A stretch of DNA of 64,000 nucleotides from Octopus vulgaris (taxonomy: Eukaryota), in assembly GCA_951406725.2 (NCBI GenBank), contig OX597814.1, positions 16,616,001 through 16,680,000 of the forward strand. The letters are read 5' to 3'. Below are positions 13,639-27,183 of the stretch, piece after piece (position 1 is the first letter of the stretch; the number at the start of each line of letters is the position of its first letter). A program made the position numbers and the translations under genes. Under the pieces are notes generated by a model. The model did not search any database. It was not told the origin of the DNA and saw nothing but the letters and a program-made list of their open reading frames with translations.

Positions 13639-13674
13639 TAGTTCATTGCTAAACCTCGCTAAGATAAATATTTC

Positions 13675-13750
13675 AATTAACCTGAAGATTGACTGTAACC
13701 ATAACTCGAATTATTACGAATTGTACAGCCATGAAACCATCGTAGTGTTT
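13675..13750 (+). ncRNA. Degenerate type I hammerhead ribozyme motif
   Basis: CTGAAGA (13682), imperfect stem II (tgactgta/tacagcca), GAAAC (13733), GTA; stem I weak. Confidence 0.35.
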
Positions 13751-13882
13751 TACTCTTTATCTTTTATTAAACTTTTAATACTTTTGATATATATTTAAAA
13801 TAATATAAATTAATTAATTTTATGTATTGGCTTATGTTTTTCATTGTTTGATTTTCCCAATAGTGGTTTTATCTCTAATTTA

Positions 13883-13946
<64 letters not shown>

Positions 13947-13954
13947 CGTCCTCC

Positions 13955-14480
13955 GCGGTACAGTCAGCCAATCTGACCAGTTGTGCTGACGACAAATAAA
14001 AGTATCGCAGGCAGTTAGGAACCTAGAAGACATCATAAAACTCTAGAAAGACTTGAATGAAATATACAAATGGGCTAACAAAATAACATGCAGTTCAATA
14101 TAATAAGTTTTCAGGCACTCCACTATCGGCCCAATACCAGGCTAAAATAAGAATACACTAGACCAAACGGTAATACGATCCCAGAGTCAGAGACGGCGCG
14201 TGAACTGGGGATTCACATGAGCAATGATGCAACATCCCATGTACATATTTCCAAGATGCATATTACTATGATGCATATAATCATGTGCATATTACCATCT
14301 CTGTGTAGGTGTGTGCCTAGATGGATTCTGAGGACACACAGAACCAGGAAAATCCTATGGGAGATTTTCGTTCTCAACCACTTGGACTACTGCTCCCAAC
14401 TATGGAGTCCAGAGCATGTGAAACAAACTGTGTATCTCCAGGCAATTCAGCGGCAATATACAAAGATGATTTCTGTATCT
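13955..14480 (+). mobile_element. Degenerate CR1 RT C-terminal fragment (LINE a family)
   Basis: LTSCADD, NNMQFN, WILRT, LDYCSQLWSP, AIQR motifs with stops. Confidence 0.85.
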
Positions 14481-14587
14481 CAAGTACATGTGAAGGAGTT
14501 GAAGCAAGTGTGTTCTTTAGGTTACATTTGCATCAGCAACATGGTACACGTATAATTTTCATAAATTAATTTTTCTTTTTATCAATT

Positions 14588-14796
14588 TTTGTTTGTTTCA
14601 GTCATTTGACTGCGGCCATGCTGGAGCACCGCCTTTAGTTGAGCAAATCAATCCCAGGACTTATTCTTTGAACTTATTCTATAGGTCTCTTTTGCCGAAC
14701 TGCTAAATTACGGGGACATAACACCAGCATCGGTTGTCGAGTGATGTTGGAGGAACAAACACAGACACACAAGCACAATCACGCACACACACATAC

Positions 14797-14848
<52 letters not shown>

Positions 14849-15010
14849 GACGGGCCTCTTTCAGTTTCCGCCTACCAAATCCACTCACAAGGCTTCGGTC
14901 GGCCCGACGCTATAACAAAAGACACTTGCCCAAGGTGACACGCAGTGAGACAGAACCTGTAACCATGGCGTAGGTGAGCAAGCTAGTTACCACACAGCCA
15001 CTCCTGCGTC
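14588..15010 (-). mobile_element. SINE family A
   Basis: Reverse-complement match. Confidence 0.88.
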
Positions 15011-15064
15011 TAGAGAGAGAAAAAGAGGGAGAGAAAGAATCAGTTAAAATAAAGGAATAATAAA

Positions 15065-15300
15065 ATTAAAAAAAAAACAAACAAGAGGACGGGCACAAGG
15101 AATGTATTAGTTTGAAGCTCCGTAACGCGAGAGAGCTTTTGACGTTTCGATCGTAGCTCTTCGCTGGAAAAGAGAAAGGAAAAGTCCAAAACGGATAAGA
15201 AGTCACCAACAGCATGTATGTAGTTACATTGCTGAAGTGACCGGAGGAAGAAAGAGATAAAAAATGTGGTTTCTTGGAGCAGGAGAGTACGAAGATGGCC
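15065..15300 (-). mobile_element. Penelope-pLTR-like short repeat with decayed HHR motif
   Basis: Homologous to 34240-34445; minus strand reads GAAGAGCTACGATCGAAACGTC. Confidence 0.5.
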
Positions 15301-15367
15301 ATAGTGCGTGCGTATGCGTATGGATGTGTGCGTCAGAAAGAGATGTGAGGTGGAACATGTGTAGGTT

Positions 15368-15510
15368 AGTTTCCGCCTACAAGATTCCCTCGCAAGGTCT
15401 TGATTAGCACAAGGCTATAGGAGATGTCACTTGCCCAAGGTGCCGCGCAGTGGGATTGAATACCGAATCGTATGGGTGGGAAGCAATCGTCTTACCACAC
15501 AGCCACGCCT
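15368..15510 (-). mobile_element. SINE family A, 5' portion, old copy
   Basis: cacttgcccaaggtgccgcgcagtgggattgaa. Confidence 0.75.
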
Positions 15511-15805
15511 AATACACCCCATTCGTATGTATTACTTTATTCATCCAATGCTGTGTGGTATATATGATGGAGATTTCATGAGTGGCCGAGTTATATTTCA
15601 TACACACAGACATACACATCATAGATATACACATGAAATATACTACATTATATTGGATTGATCTTATCAGTTTGATTTCATTCATCCTGATTTTACTTCT
15701 CCTTTAATTTATAATTATCATTAATATATATTTTTGCTGTTGACATACACACACATTCACATATATGCATATACACATATATGTGAGTGCGTGTGTGTGT
15801 AGAGG

Positions 15806-15845
<40 letters not shown>

Positions 15846-15847
15846 AA

Positions 15848-15888
<41 letters not shown>

Positions 15889-15907
15889 TATATATATATA
15901 TATATAT

Positions 15908-16140
15908 TTATTTCTTTACTACCCACAAGGGCTAAACACAGAGGGGACAAACAAGGACAGGCAAACGGATTAAGTCGATTCCATAGACCCCAGTGCGTAA
16001 CTGGTACTTAATTTATTGACCCCGAAAGGATGAAGGGCAAAGTCGACCTCGGTGGAATTTGAACTCGGAATGTAAAGACAGACGAAATACGGCTACGCAC
16101 TTCGCCCGGCGTGCTAACGTTTCTGCCAACTCGCCGCCTT
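15908..16140 (-). mobile_element. SINE family B (Nin/Deu-domain-like)
   Basis: Reverse complement of ggcggcgagctggcagaa...gcctttcatcctttcggggtcgataaattaagtaccag. Confidence 0.9.
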
Positions 16141-16189
16141 ATATATGCATATATGGACACACATACGTACATGCATACGTATATATGTA

Positions 16190-16620
16190 TTTAGTTATGC
16201 ATATATGGGTACAGGACGTCACAAAACGTAAACAAATATGAAATACGAAAGTAACGTTGGGTACACAAAAAACGAGAGAAACTAATGAACAAGACAAGAA
16301 ACATAAAAAGACGACCTTTCATCATTTGTCGGCTGTCCTTCTGCTCCGTATTTCGAGCGATCGAACGACAAGATAAGACTTTGAAGACTGCTAGCCGAAA
16401 TGAAAAAAAAAATGGGATTTGCGAAGGGTCAAAGTTGGTAACAAAAAACAGGATATTTAGCAAACCAAAGGAAACGAATACAAACAGAGAGAGTCAGTAG
16501 GCTCAGACGAGGTAAAAATGGCGAACGCTTGAAGAAGATTCTTTGATAAGAGAATTGAGAGGATACATGTACGAATGCGTCCGAATTGTGCAACAGGGTG
16601 AAGGATAAGAAAGGAGATCA
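16190..16620 (-). repeat. Interspersed repeat related to 61590-61990
   Basis: Shared atatatgggtacaggac end and cgaaa..ggag..ga...tga.gaa.gg block. Confidence 0.5.
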
Positions 16621-16780
16621 GGTGAGAAAGGAGGGATGGACGATGGTCACGTGTGAGCAACGAGAGGGAGTAAAGGACGAAGAGAGAGAGACAGGGATAG
16701 ACAGATAGAAAACGGTGAAGGGGGGAAAACGAATTAGAGAAAGGATGAGAGAAATGAAAGGGAGAGAGAGAGGACGCACG

Positions 16781-16816
<36 letters not shown>

Positions 16817-17010
16817 CTTACACACACACATATACACATACATATTGATATATGAGAAGTCAGCAAACAACTTTTCTCTAAACAATTCCTGAAGAAAGAA
16901 TCGTAACACTGAAATACTGAAATACCTGGTAAAAATCAACTAGTAGTTTTCTTTATATAACTTGTTTTTAAAAATATAATTTTAAACATTAACACATAAG
17001 AATACGTATA

Positions 17011-17580
17011 CAGGGGTAGGACAAAATAATTGAAACACGTAGCATCATCGCATCGTAATGTTAAAATATCTATAAAACCTTCAAAAGCTTATTTATTTTT
17101 AGGTTTTTTATTTTTTTTTGGCGTTGCTTAGTATGCTTTGCTAAAATTGCTGTTTCTTTACAGATATGATCAGAAAAAGATAAATAGAATACATTAAAAT
17201 GAAGATTTATCGGACATTGGAAGAGGTTAAATTGTTGGTGCTCGTATAGCAGGCGCTAGCGTAACGAAAACTGCCCAAAGTAATGACAGCCTTTGAGAAA
17301 GAAAGAAAGAAAGAAAGAACCTCTTCGTCAAATCATAACTCCGGAAGAAAACCATAACTTTCAGATAGGGGACCATCGGACTCTTCCGCGAATTGCTAGA
17401 AAGTATCACAAAAGAATAGCTCCGAAAATTACTTCAGAGATTAATGACCTCATCGAGAACCCAGTTTCTACAAAAACTGTTCGCGGGGAGCTGCCCGAAG
17501 CCGGATTTCAAGGGTAGGCTGTAATCAGAAAATCGCCACTTGCAAAAACAAACGTTGTAATGCGATTAGAGTGGTGTCAA
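17011..17580 (+). mobile_element. Tc1-family DNA transposon, 5' end with decayed transposase N-terminus
   Basis: TA followed by TIR-like caggggtaggacaaaataattgaaacac; IVGARIAGASVTKTAQ, APKITSE, PVSTKTVR.EL..AGF.G, RLEWC. Confidence 0.85.
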
Positions 17581-17589
17581 ATGGTTTTT

Positions 17590-18600
17590 CTGCACTTTAA
17601 GAACGCATGTGGTCTCTAACCGTTGGCAGAAAAGGAGCTACGAGGACATCCCTTCCAGACGGTCACCTATGCCGATCAACCACAACCCTACATAGTAGTC
17701 TGGACCCCCTTGGGGTGCGACGGTCACCTAGAGCGTGACTATCCAGCGTGGGCCGACCCGTAAGCTTACGGGTCTGATTCTTTCGACTTACGGGTCGGAC
17801 CACGTCGCTGTTTTTACCCGGTGCATATCGCCACACACTCCCGGCGACTGACGGCATCGATCGCGCCTACGTCCACGTGTACGTGGGCGCATGTGTCTAT
17901 AATGCACGTGTTCTTACGAGTCTTCCTTACTCTTGCACGTCCTTGATGGTTTTCAGAAAGTGTTGAAACTTACTGTAGCGCTTCCACCTGCGCTGTCTGA
18001 GATCGATCGTGAGCCTTCCCTAGACTTCACATGTTCCAGATAGAGAGATATTGCAACGAGTTGATGAACTCACCAAACAAGCTCATTTAAACAGAAGCAC
18101 CGCCTTCGCCAGTTAGGACATCTCATACAGCTGGTTGATACTCAAATTTCCAAGCTGGAGGAAGGAACAACTCCTCAGAACCGTTTCAAAAATTGTCTCA
18201 AATCTCACGGTTGCAATTCAGTCTCGACCCTTCGCAACTGGGAAGAATAGGCTAGTGACAGAAACAAGAGAAAAAAAATACGAAGGATATTGCTCATTCT
18301 ATGCAAAATCAATAAGATGTTCAAAAACGTAAAATAGCTACCCGCAAAAGAATGGATGTTCAATTATCTATTCTTCAGTTTGCTCGTCATCAGTGTGGCC
18401 GAATATGCTTGACAAACGCAGGACTCTAAATACACTTCAGGAATTAGATAGACAAACCGCCAACAGAATACGCTGAGTTCGTTATTGTAGATCTAAAATC
18501 GATAATGATCCTCCGCATGACAGACCTAAATGGCAGGCCGAAAATACGGATTTAGTTTGAAGTCGTTGCGGCAAACTGTAAGTTTCTCTCGTCGGACTCA
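17590..18600 (+). mobile_element. Highly decayed Gypsy-like LTR retrotransposon internal fragments
   Basis: GHLERDYP (zinc-knuckle-like), FARH and PPHDRPKWQAE (integrase-like) remnants in the expected order. Confidence 0.4.
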
Positions 18601-20633
18601 TGACTCACTGTCGATTTCACGTTCGTAGGAACAATCAATTATAAGTCTACTTGTCAGCGATGATCATGCTCGTCTAACGAGCAGTCACCATGTCTATCTG
18701 TGTGACGGTCTATTTCACTGTATGTATGCATGTAGGTATGTATGTATGTACGTATGGGTGTATGTGTGTATGTATGTGTGAATGAAACGTATAATGCAGC
18801 AACTAATTTCAACAAAATTAAAGAAACTCAAGAATAGACTCCTAAAGATTAAAAAAGAACATGCTATCTCAAAATTTTCATAAATGTACATTTAGTCACA
18901 ATCTGCAAAACTTGCTAGTTAATTAACAGGCTTGTAATATGAATGAAATCACTTTCTTCTTTGCTATAATTTTGTATAATTATCGTTAGACTGGTTCTTC
19001 TCTTGAGGCGAAATTTGATGAGTTCTTTTCTAGTTCCTCATAGTAGTAAAAGCACTGTCGTAAAATTATAGTCTACTTGTATGCTTATTAAATGTACCTT
19101 ATATTCTTATGTGAGGTCAATCCCATGAATTTTGCCTTCATTTTATTACCTATTAGGTTTTTTCCATTGCTTCCTTGGATCCTCAACAAAAATGCGCCAG
19201 ATGAGAGATGAGAAAAGTCCAGTAGACGTCGGGAGATTTCAGAGTGCAAAGCATTGAAAAAACAACGCAAGTTATCCATCTATGCCAATCTACCAGTCTG
19301 AGAAAGCTACTTATTATTTTTTTTTTAAATCGACTAAAAAACGTTGAAAATCAAGATGAATCGGAACAGATTTTATACGAAACGCGAAGGGAACTGGAGC
19401 AAAAATCCCGAAGCATCGCGTCCTGCGTGCTAAAACGTCTGTCCAATAATTACCCTGTAAGATGGAGAACTAAAGAGCAGGCTAGCAATTTTATTCCTTT
19501 CTACATGCTTCCAACTGGAAGCTGCTACAGCTATATGTTTTTACTTGCCACTTTTTGAAATGAAGAAATTTTGGTCATATTCTAAGAGTAGAGAAACTAT
19601 TTACATAAACGAATATAAGTGAGGTTGAGAATGCAATTAAATATATCACGTGATCACGGAATCGACGTGACTATCGGATTTCCTTATACATCAGTGGTCA
19701 CAATGCACTTTGCATCGTTTTCTAGCTTTCGAATGGTGTCCCACCGCTCGCTAGGTGAGCAGTAGAACATTCCTCTTGATCGGAAGACTGTCACAGGGTT
19801 ACCCGTTTTTGAGATACTTATAAACGAGCCATTTCCGGACACAGTTCGAATCGCTAAAAGAAACGTTACAAATCCTACTCTCACAAGAAGGGGTTTCGAT
19901 CCGAAAATAGTATTTTTTTTCTTTGCTTATTCACTTTCTTTTACTACCAGACTGACTAAGACTGTATTACTAAATTCGTTACAAAAGAGATTATGCCAGC
20001 AGATTTTATGAGTTACCTATACTGCTAAATGCATAATAAACGTGAGAAGAGCGATAACTTTCTGACCGGTCATAACTAATGTGTGTATATATATGTATAT
20101 ATATAAAATTTCACTATGAAAATATTTACGGTAGAAAATTTAGAGAATTGTTCTACCAGTAGTCAGCATGCAATAGAGAGTCAATGGACAACATATTTTT
20201 TATATAATTTAGCGTACATTTCTATACACAAGAGAGGTGACCCTATCAGGACAACTTAAATGCTGAAAATGGCAGTTAAAACCTAAACCATGGAGAGGAG
20301 TAATTTGAAAGGGAACGAAAGATAAAAACATTTCAAAGGTTAACACATGTACTCGAGTTTTGACATCAGTGAACAAATAAAATCATTTGTCATCAACATG
20401 GGCGCAATAATTAATGTATATTTGTGGAATACTGAAGACACACATGTTCTATTTATATACATTACAATTTTTCAAATCCACGTAAAAGTTTACTAAGAAC
20501 ATACCTGTTTTTCATTCCCATTAAAATTACTCTTAACCGTGGTTTGGGTTCTAACTGACCTTTTCAGCATGTAAGGTGTCATGTTAGGGTCACTTCTTTT
20601 GTGTATAGAAATGTGCACTAATTTATATGAGAA

Positions 20634-20758
<125 letters not shown>

Positions 20759-20832
20759 CATATATATATATATATATGTATGTATGTTTGTATATACTAT
20801 AATGGAATTATTACTATGAAGCATTGTGTAGA

Positions 20833-20943
20833 ATATATTGTATAAAGGATCATGGGTAAAGCCACAACAGTGCTTTCTTGTGATTTGCCTTGCATTTACT
20901 TCGCATTGCTCTGGCCTTACCCACGATTCTTTATACAATATAT
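20833..20943. repeat. Inverted repeat / hairpin MITE-like element
   Basis: 41-bp arms with 6 mismatches, 29-nt spacer, in TA-rich context. Confidence 0.8.
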
Positions 20944-21125
20944 ATTATATATATATATAGTCATTATGTATTGATGTGTGTATTGATATACATATATATA
21001 TATATGCATATACATATATATATATATATATATATATGAAAGGGGACCAATAAAATGGTGTGTATATGAATTTATTGCATATAGACATACACATATAATT
21101 GCATACATTTTATTAATATTAGCCG

Positions 21126-21196
21126 TTATCTAAAGACATAAAGTTTCTATGAAAACATGTATTACAATTAAACTCTCCATCATCAGTATAGTATAA
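21126..21196 (-). ncRNA. Type I hammerhead ribozyme motif (partly degenerate)
   Basis: Minus strand: ttatactata CTGATGA tggaga...ttttca ta GAAAC tttat GTC tttagataa. Confidence 0.5.
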
Positions 21197-21564
21197 TTAA
21201 CCTGTTGCTTTTATATTACAAGTGATGGTTATGTCATGTCCAAGTTGTTCTTTATTCTGAAGATCTTCTATGAATCATTTATTATACATAAATTTTGCTC
21301 ATCGGAAGCAGGAGCAGTCGAAGCAGCAGTATCAACAACATTATGATCATCAACAGGAACAACAAAATCATCATTAATATTACTATTAGTAATATCAACG
21401 TTGATATCAATTTATTATAAATTATTTTATCTTCACTTATTTTTTATCCTCAACTGTCAAATGTAGTGACGCTATCCTATATAAACAATACATTAGCTAA
21501 CAGGTGCGTGATGTAATTAAAGGATTGGTTCCAGAAATTATATACATAAGCATATATACGTATA

Positions 21565-21629
<65 letters not shown>

Positions 21630-21715
21630 TAGAAACACGAACACGCACGCAAACACACACACACACATGGCGAGAGTTACATACATATATAAATGTATAT
21701 ATATGTATAAGTACA

Positions 21716-21779
<64 letters not shown>

Positions 21780-22189
21780 CAAATGTATTCACGTATATGC
21801 GTATAGAAATACGTGTGTGTGTATATACACCTGTATATATATATATATATATATATATATGGGGGAGTGTTCTTGCGTCTGTGTGTTCTTGTTTGTGTCA
21901 ATGTGTGTATTTATATTAAGTATATTCACACACGCACACACATACATACACGCAAGCACGTAGATATATATATAATTATCTGCGTATAGGAGCACGCGTG
22001 CGGTTGTCTGTCTTTCTGCGCTTTCCAATTTATTACTTCACGTATGTGTAGAAAAATATATCTGTGTATGATATGAGTTTTAATGAGTTTAAAATTTATT
22101 TGAAATTTTATTAAATAAATGGAAAAGTTAGATGAAAGAAAGGAACAAAGAGATAGTCCGAGAGTGAGTGTTAAGTGGAAGAGAAACAT

Positions 22190-22618
<429 letters not shown>

Positions 22619-22923
22619 ATAAGAGGAGTCAAAGATATAGATGAAATTTGTTCGAACGAGTTTGAATAATCTAATAATGTATTTTTAAAACAAACCAACA
22701 GAACAAAGAAAACATATAAACAGATACATAATATCGTGAGCGTCCCTAAATACAACAACACCAACAAAAATATCCACAAACAAAAGGGATTTTAATAATA
22801 TCATCAACATCAACAACTAGAACAAGTAAACAGGAAAGCGATACTATTACAACTACTACTGTTACAACTAAAACTACTGTTAATATTAATAATAACGCCA
22901 ATCAAAGTATTAAAACTAAAGAG

Positions 22924-22945
22924 GATGATGATGATGATGACGATG

Positions 22946-23000
<55 letters not shown>

Positions 23001-23240
23001 CGGTGATAATGATAATAATAATAATGATAATAATAATAATGATAATAATAATAATGATAATAATAATAATAATAATAATGATAATAATAATAATGATAAT
23101 AATAATAATGATAATAATAATGATGATGATGATGATGATGATGATGATAATAAATACAGCAATAAACACACCAACAAAATAACAATAATAGCAACAACAA
23201 TAATAATAATGATAATAATAATAATAACAATAATAATAAT
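22924..23240. repeat. (AAT)n/(GAT)n microsatellite
   Basis: Direct reading. Confidence 0.98.
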
Positions 23241-23395
23241 GAATATAATGGTCCTACTTCTCTTCCCCTCTGTCCTACATGTCTCCCCATTTCTGCTTAT
23301 TTAAAAGATACAATTACAGAGGTCAAAGTTTAAACATCAAAAAGAAACATGTAAACGTCATTACATTGAAAAATTTATGGAGTTTTATATTCTCT

Positions 23396-23460
<65 letters not shown>

Positions 23461-23469
23461 ATATATATA

Positions 23470-23511
<42 letters not shown>

Positions 23512-24702
23512 TATGTATATATGTATATATATATGTACGTACACACACATACTCACATACATTTATGCGTGTGTGTTGTGTGTACAAATATATATGCAGA
23601 AACAACGATACACACATGCATATTTATATGTATCTTGTATGTATGTATGTATGCATGTATGTATGTGATTATTTATTTTGAAGTCTTACTTTACGTTACC
23701 TTTTTTATTTTGTTTTGGCGGAGCGAAATTGTTACTTTCTTTTTGTGTTGCATATTTTATTTGTCATTTTTTCCCAATTTTTTTGTTCTCTCTCTCTTCT
23801 TTCTCCCCCCTCTCTCTCTTTCTCTCCACTATTATTCCAACTAATTTTGTTTTTATATTTCTCCACTCTCTCCTCTGTCTCTGTCTCTCTCTCATTCTCT
23901 CTCTCTGTCTCTCGATGTCACACTCACTCTCCCATGCAGTATCTATTATAGCCTCTCTCTCTCTCTCTCCCTCTCGCGTTCGCTCAACTTCTCACTCTCT
24001 CTCAATCTCTGAGAATGTATTCGGCCAATGCAACTTCAAAGCTCATGTGCTCGCTTAAATTGGATTTGTTAAAAGTTAATGGTCAAATATTTCATCTCAA
24101 AAAGTTATCTTTTCGTGTATATTTCTCTCCCCTGATTTTGTTAATTTTTTTTTATATTTTACTTTCCTTTTTAGAAAGAATATTTTTATCATTACAGTTT
24201 TTCTTTTTTTTTTTTTACTTTATTTATGCATTTATTTTTGTCAGAAGACAGATACCCATTCTTATTTAGAATATAATTCTCATTTCGAAAATGTTATCGA
24301 AATTACAGCGTAGATGAGCTTGAATAAATGATGGCGTTTTATCTGGACAATATGTTCAGAATTTTATTTTATTTTAGTTTAGTGTAACTTTATTTATATT
24401 TTGGTCGTATGTTTTTATTCTTGAAATACTTTGTTTGTAATTTTTTTACATATTATTTTTTCCACTTTCTATTATCAATATCAAATACACAACATATAAT
24501 AATATTTTCATGAGAATCACTCCTTTCTTCAAACGCATTCATTCATTAACAGAAACAAATTAGGAAGAAAAAAAGAACAACAGATAAAACTGATTTGTTA
24601 TTTCGGGAATGGGTGCTGATTTTATTCGTACACTCGCACATACACGCAGACATACATATCTGCATACATCATGTATGTTTAAATGTGTGAAGCGCATATC
24701 AA

Positions 24703-24736
<34 letters not shown>

Positions 24737-25818
24737 ATGTATGTATTTATTCTATCCTTTGGAATTTTATATTTTATGTTTACAACCATGTAACCAGATC
24801 TAGCCTTCCTCGCCATACACCTGCCTAGATGAAACAATACTGATAGCATTTGACTCGAGAAGTTAGTTTATCATTGAAAATATCTTTAATCGGCACAGAA
24901 AATATTGTGTTTTGTTTTATCTTTAATATGAGCCATTGTAATAGAAAAAAAAATATCTGATTCATGCATAATTTGAGAAGAAAGCTTTTTTTTTTTCTTC
25001 TGAAATATCAAATAATAATCAGCTTATGGTGTTGTTGTTATTAATTTTGTTACCATATCTGTTTTCTTACCCATGTAGTAAGGCCGAATTTGTCTGGCTG
25101 GAATTGAAATACTTGTGCTTATTTCAGAATATTTCAATGAAGGATAAAAATATTCTTGTAGTGTTTCCAGATCATTCCATTATACCAGGACCCGTTTTGA
25201 AAATAAACTCATCATTGTAATCTATAAAAATATCCTCCATGTTTGATGCTGTCAGTGAGTAGCCGATTTTATCCTCTTTGCCTAAGTTAATGTCAGATGC
25301 GCCAAGAATAATCTTGAGATCATCTGTCTGGGAATGTAACCTGCAATAGACTCCTGTTTTATCCAGGGGAAGATTTATATCTCACTCTATGGAAGCGAAG
25401 TCAAGTTCCTGTTTGCAGTGTAACTGAGGAAACATTTAAGCGCATAATTATAGAAACGCACACCCACTAATATACTAGTTCATACATACGCATACACAAA
25501 AAACATGTAGGCACGTAAATGCATATGCGCATGTATACACATATAAGCACGAACACACATAAACATATATACATATACATATAAACAAACATATGTACGT
25601 ACAAATGTATGTATGTATGTATGTAAGCGTATAAGGATCATGACTATCTAGTTAATAATACTTGAGATGAGTAACTGAACAAAGGAAAAATATACTTCAT
25701 AAAATTCATAACTATTTCGCTGCAATAATCCTAAGGATAACGTCAAGAATAGTCCCATGAAGGATATCTGCGAATATATTTTTACTTACCATATATCCCA
25801 TTATTGAACATCGTACAC

Positions 25819-26305
25819 TGTTGTGTGGACGCCCCCAGGCGATGATGTAGACTAACCCAATAAGTAGATATAGAGGGAGAAGTCTAGACCTCAGGGCACA
25901 GATGCAGATGTGTAGAGGAGAAGGCATCCGAACGTGCGACATAACAGTGGCGACGAAGATTTCATAGCTCAAGCGACCACTGTGTAGTATTGCGATATAA
26001 CAGTGGCGAAGGCGGCGAGCTGGCAGAACCGTTAGCACGCCGGACGAAATGCGTAGCCGTATTTCGTCTGCCGTTACGTTCTAAGTTCAAATTTCGCCGA
26101 GGTCGACTTTGCCTTTCATCCTTTCGGGGTCGATAAATTAAGCACCAGTTACGCACAGGGTCGATGTAATGGACTTAATCCGTTTGTCTGTCCTTGTTTG
26201 TCTCCTCTATGTTTAGCCCCTTGTGGGTAATAAAGAAACAGATATAACAGTGGTGACGAGGATTTCGTAGCTCACACAGCCACTGTGTAGTATTGCGATA
26301 TACCA
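25819..26305 (+). mobile_element. Miniature LTR-like element with two internal PBS units, interrupted by a SINE B
   Basis: TGTTGTG...CA termini; near-TSD tacac/tactc; homologous to 39409-39631. Confidence 0.7.
26010..26240 (+). mobile_element. SINE family B inserted in the LTR-like element
   Basis: 16-bp TSD gatataacagtgg(c/t)ga at 25994-26009 and 26241-26256. Confidence 0.92.
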
Positions 26306-26926
26306 TACTCTTTATTAACTCGTGTGCAATGGATAATCATAACCAGATATTTTATGAAAGCTTTTCTTTTTCTCCTGACATACCACATGATATAAATGCA
26401 GATTCCCTCCAAATTTTCGTTAAGCTCCTTATAGGCTAAGGATTGTCAACAGTAGAAATAACAGTAAATATTTCATAGTATTCCACATTAACAATCTAAA
26501 GATACGGGCACATAGTGTAACTTAGACGTAAATTCATTATGTCGGACAATATATTGCAGAATAAACACAGCTAATTATCATTCAACATCAGTTCCTCTGA
26601 CACTCGCTTACTGGAAGCTTTTTGTGACAATCCCTTGAATAAATAATCTACTGCATTTAAGGAGAAAATAAATGCTGGTAATTTTTAAGATGCGATTTAA
26701 AACGGATAATTGTGGAATTGATTATCGATATTCTTTTGGGGAGGTTCGAGCCCTGGTCTTTCAGATATTAACTAAGGACTGCATAGTGTCCCATAAATAT
26801 ATCCCAGAGTTATGCCACAATTAAAAGCTGTTGTAATTTTGAGGCAATATAGGAAAAAAGCCCCAGAATGGGTGCAGTATAATAGCTGAAAAAACGTGTA
26901 AGAGTAAATTGTGTGTATGCATGTGA

Positions 26927-26965
<39 letters not shown>

Positions 26966-27005
26966 CATCTGTAAATGTAATATGTCACAATTATTCGGTA
27001 GCCAT

Positions 27006-27066
27006 GATAAAACTCCGAGTTTCGGATGCCAAGGTGGAAATCCACGCCGCCATGTCTTCAGTTATC
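27006..27066 (-). ncRNA. Type I hammerhead ribozyme motif (G10.1>C lesion)
   Basis: GATAA CTGAAGA catgg...catc c GAAAC tcgga GTT TTATC. Confidence 0.65.
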
Positions 27067-27122
27067 CGGCCATCGGAAAAAACGCTATGAAAAATACATA
27101 CATAGCACTTTTCCGATAGCCG

Positions 27123-27183
27123 GATAACTGAAGAGATGGCGGCGTGGATTTCCACCTCGGCATCCGAAACTCGGAATTTTATC
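27123..27183 (+). ncRNA. Type I hammerhead ribozyme motif (G16.2>A lesion)
   Basis: GATAA CTGAAGA gatg..gtggatttccac..catc c GAAAC tcgga att TTATC. Confidence 0.65.

Noticed and set aside
25947-26305. CRISPR-like repeat-spacer appearance of the 56-bp units
   Set aside because: The units are tandem without unique spacers, the insert is a SINE with a TSD, and there are no cas genes in this eukaryotic context
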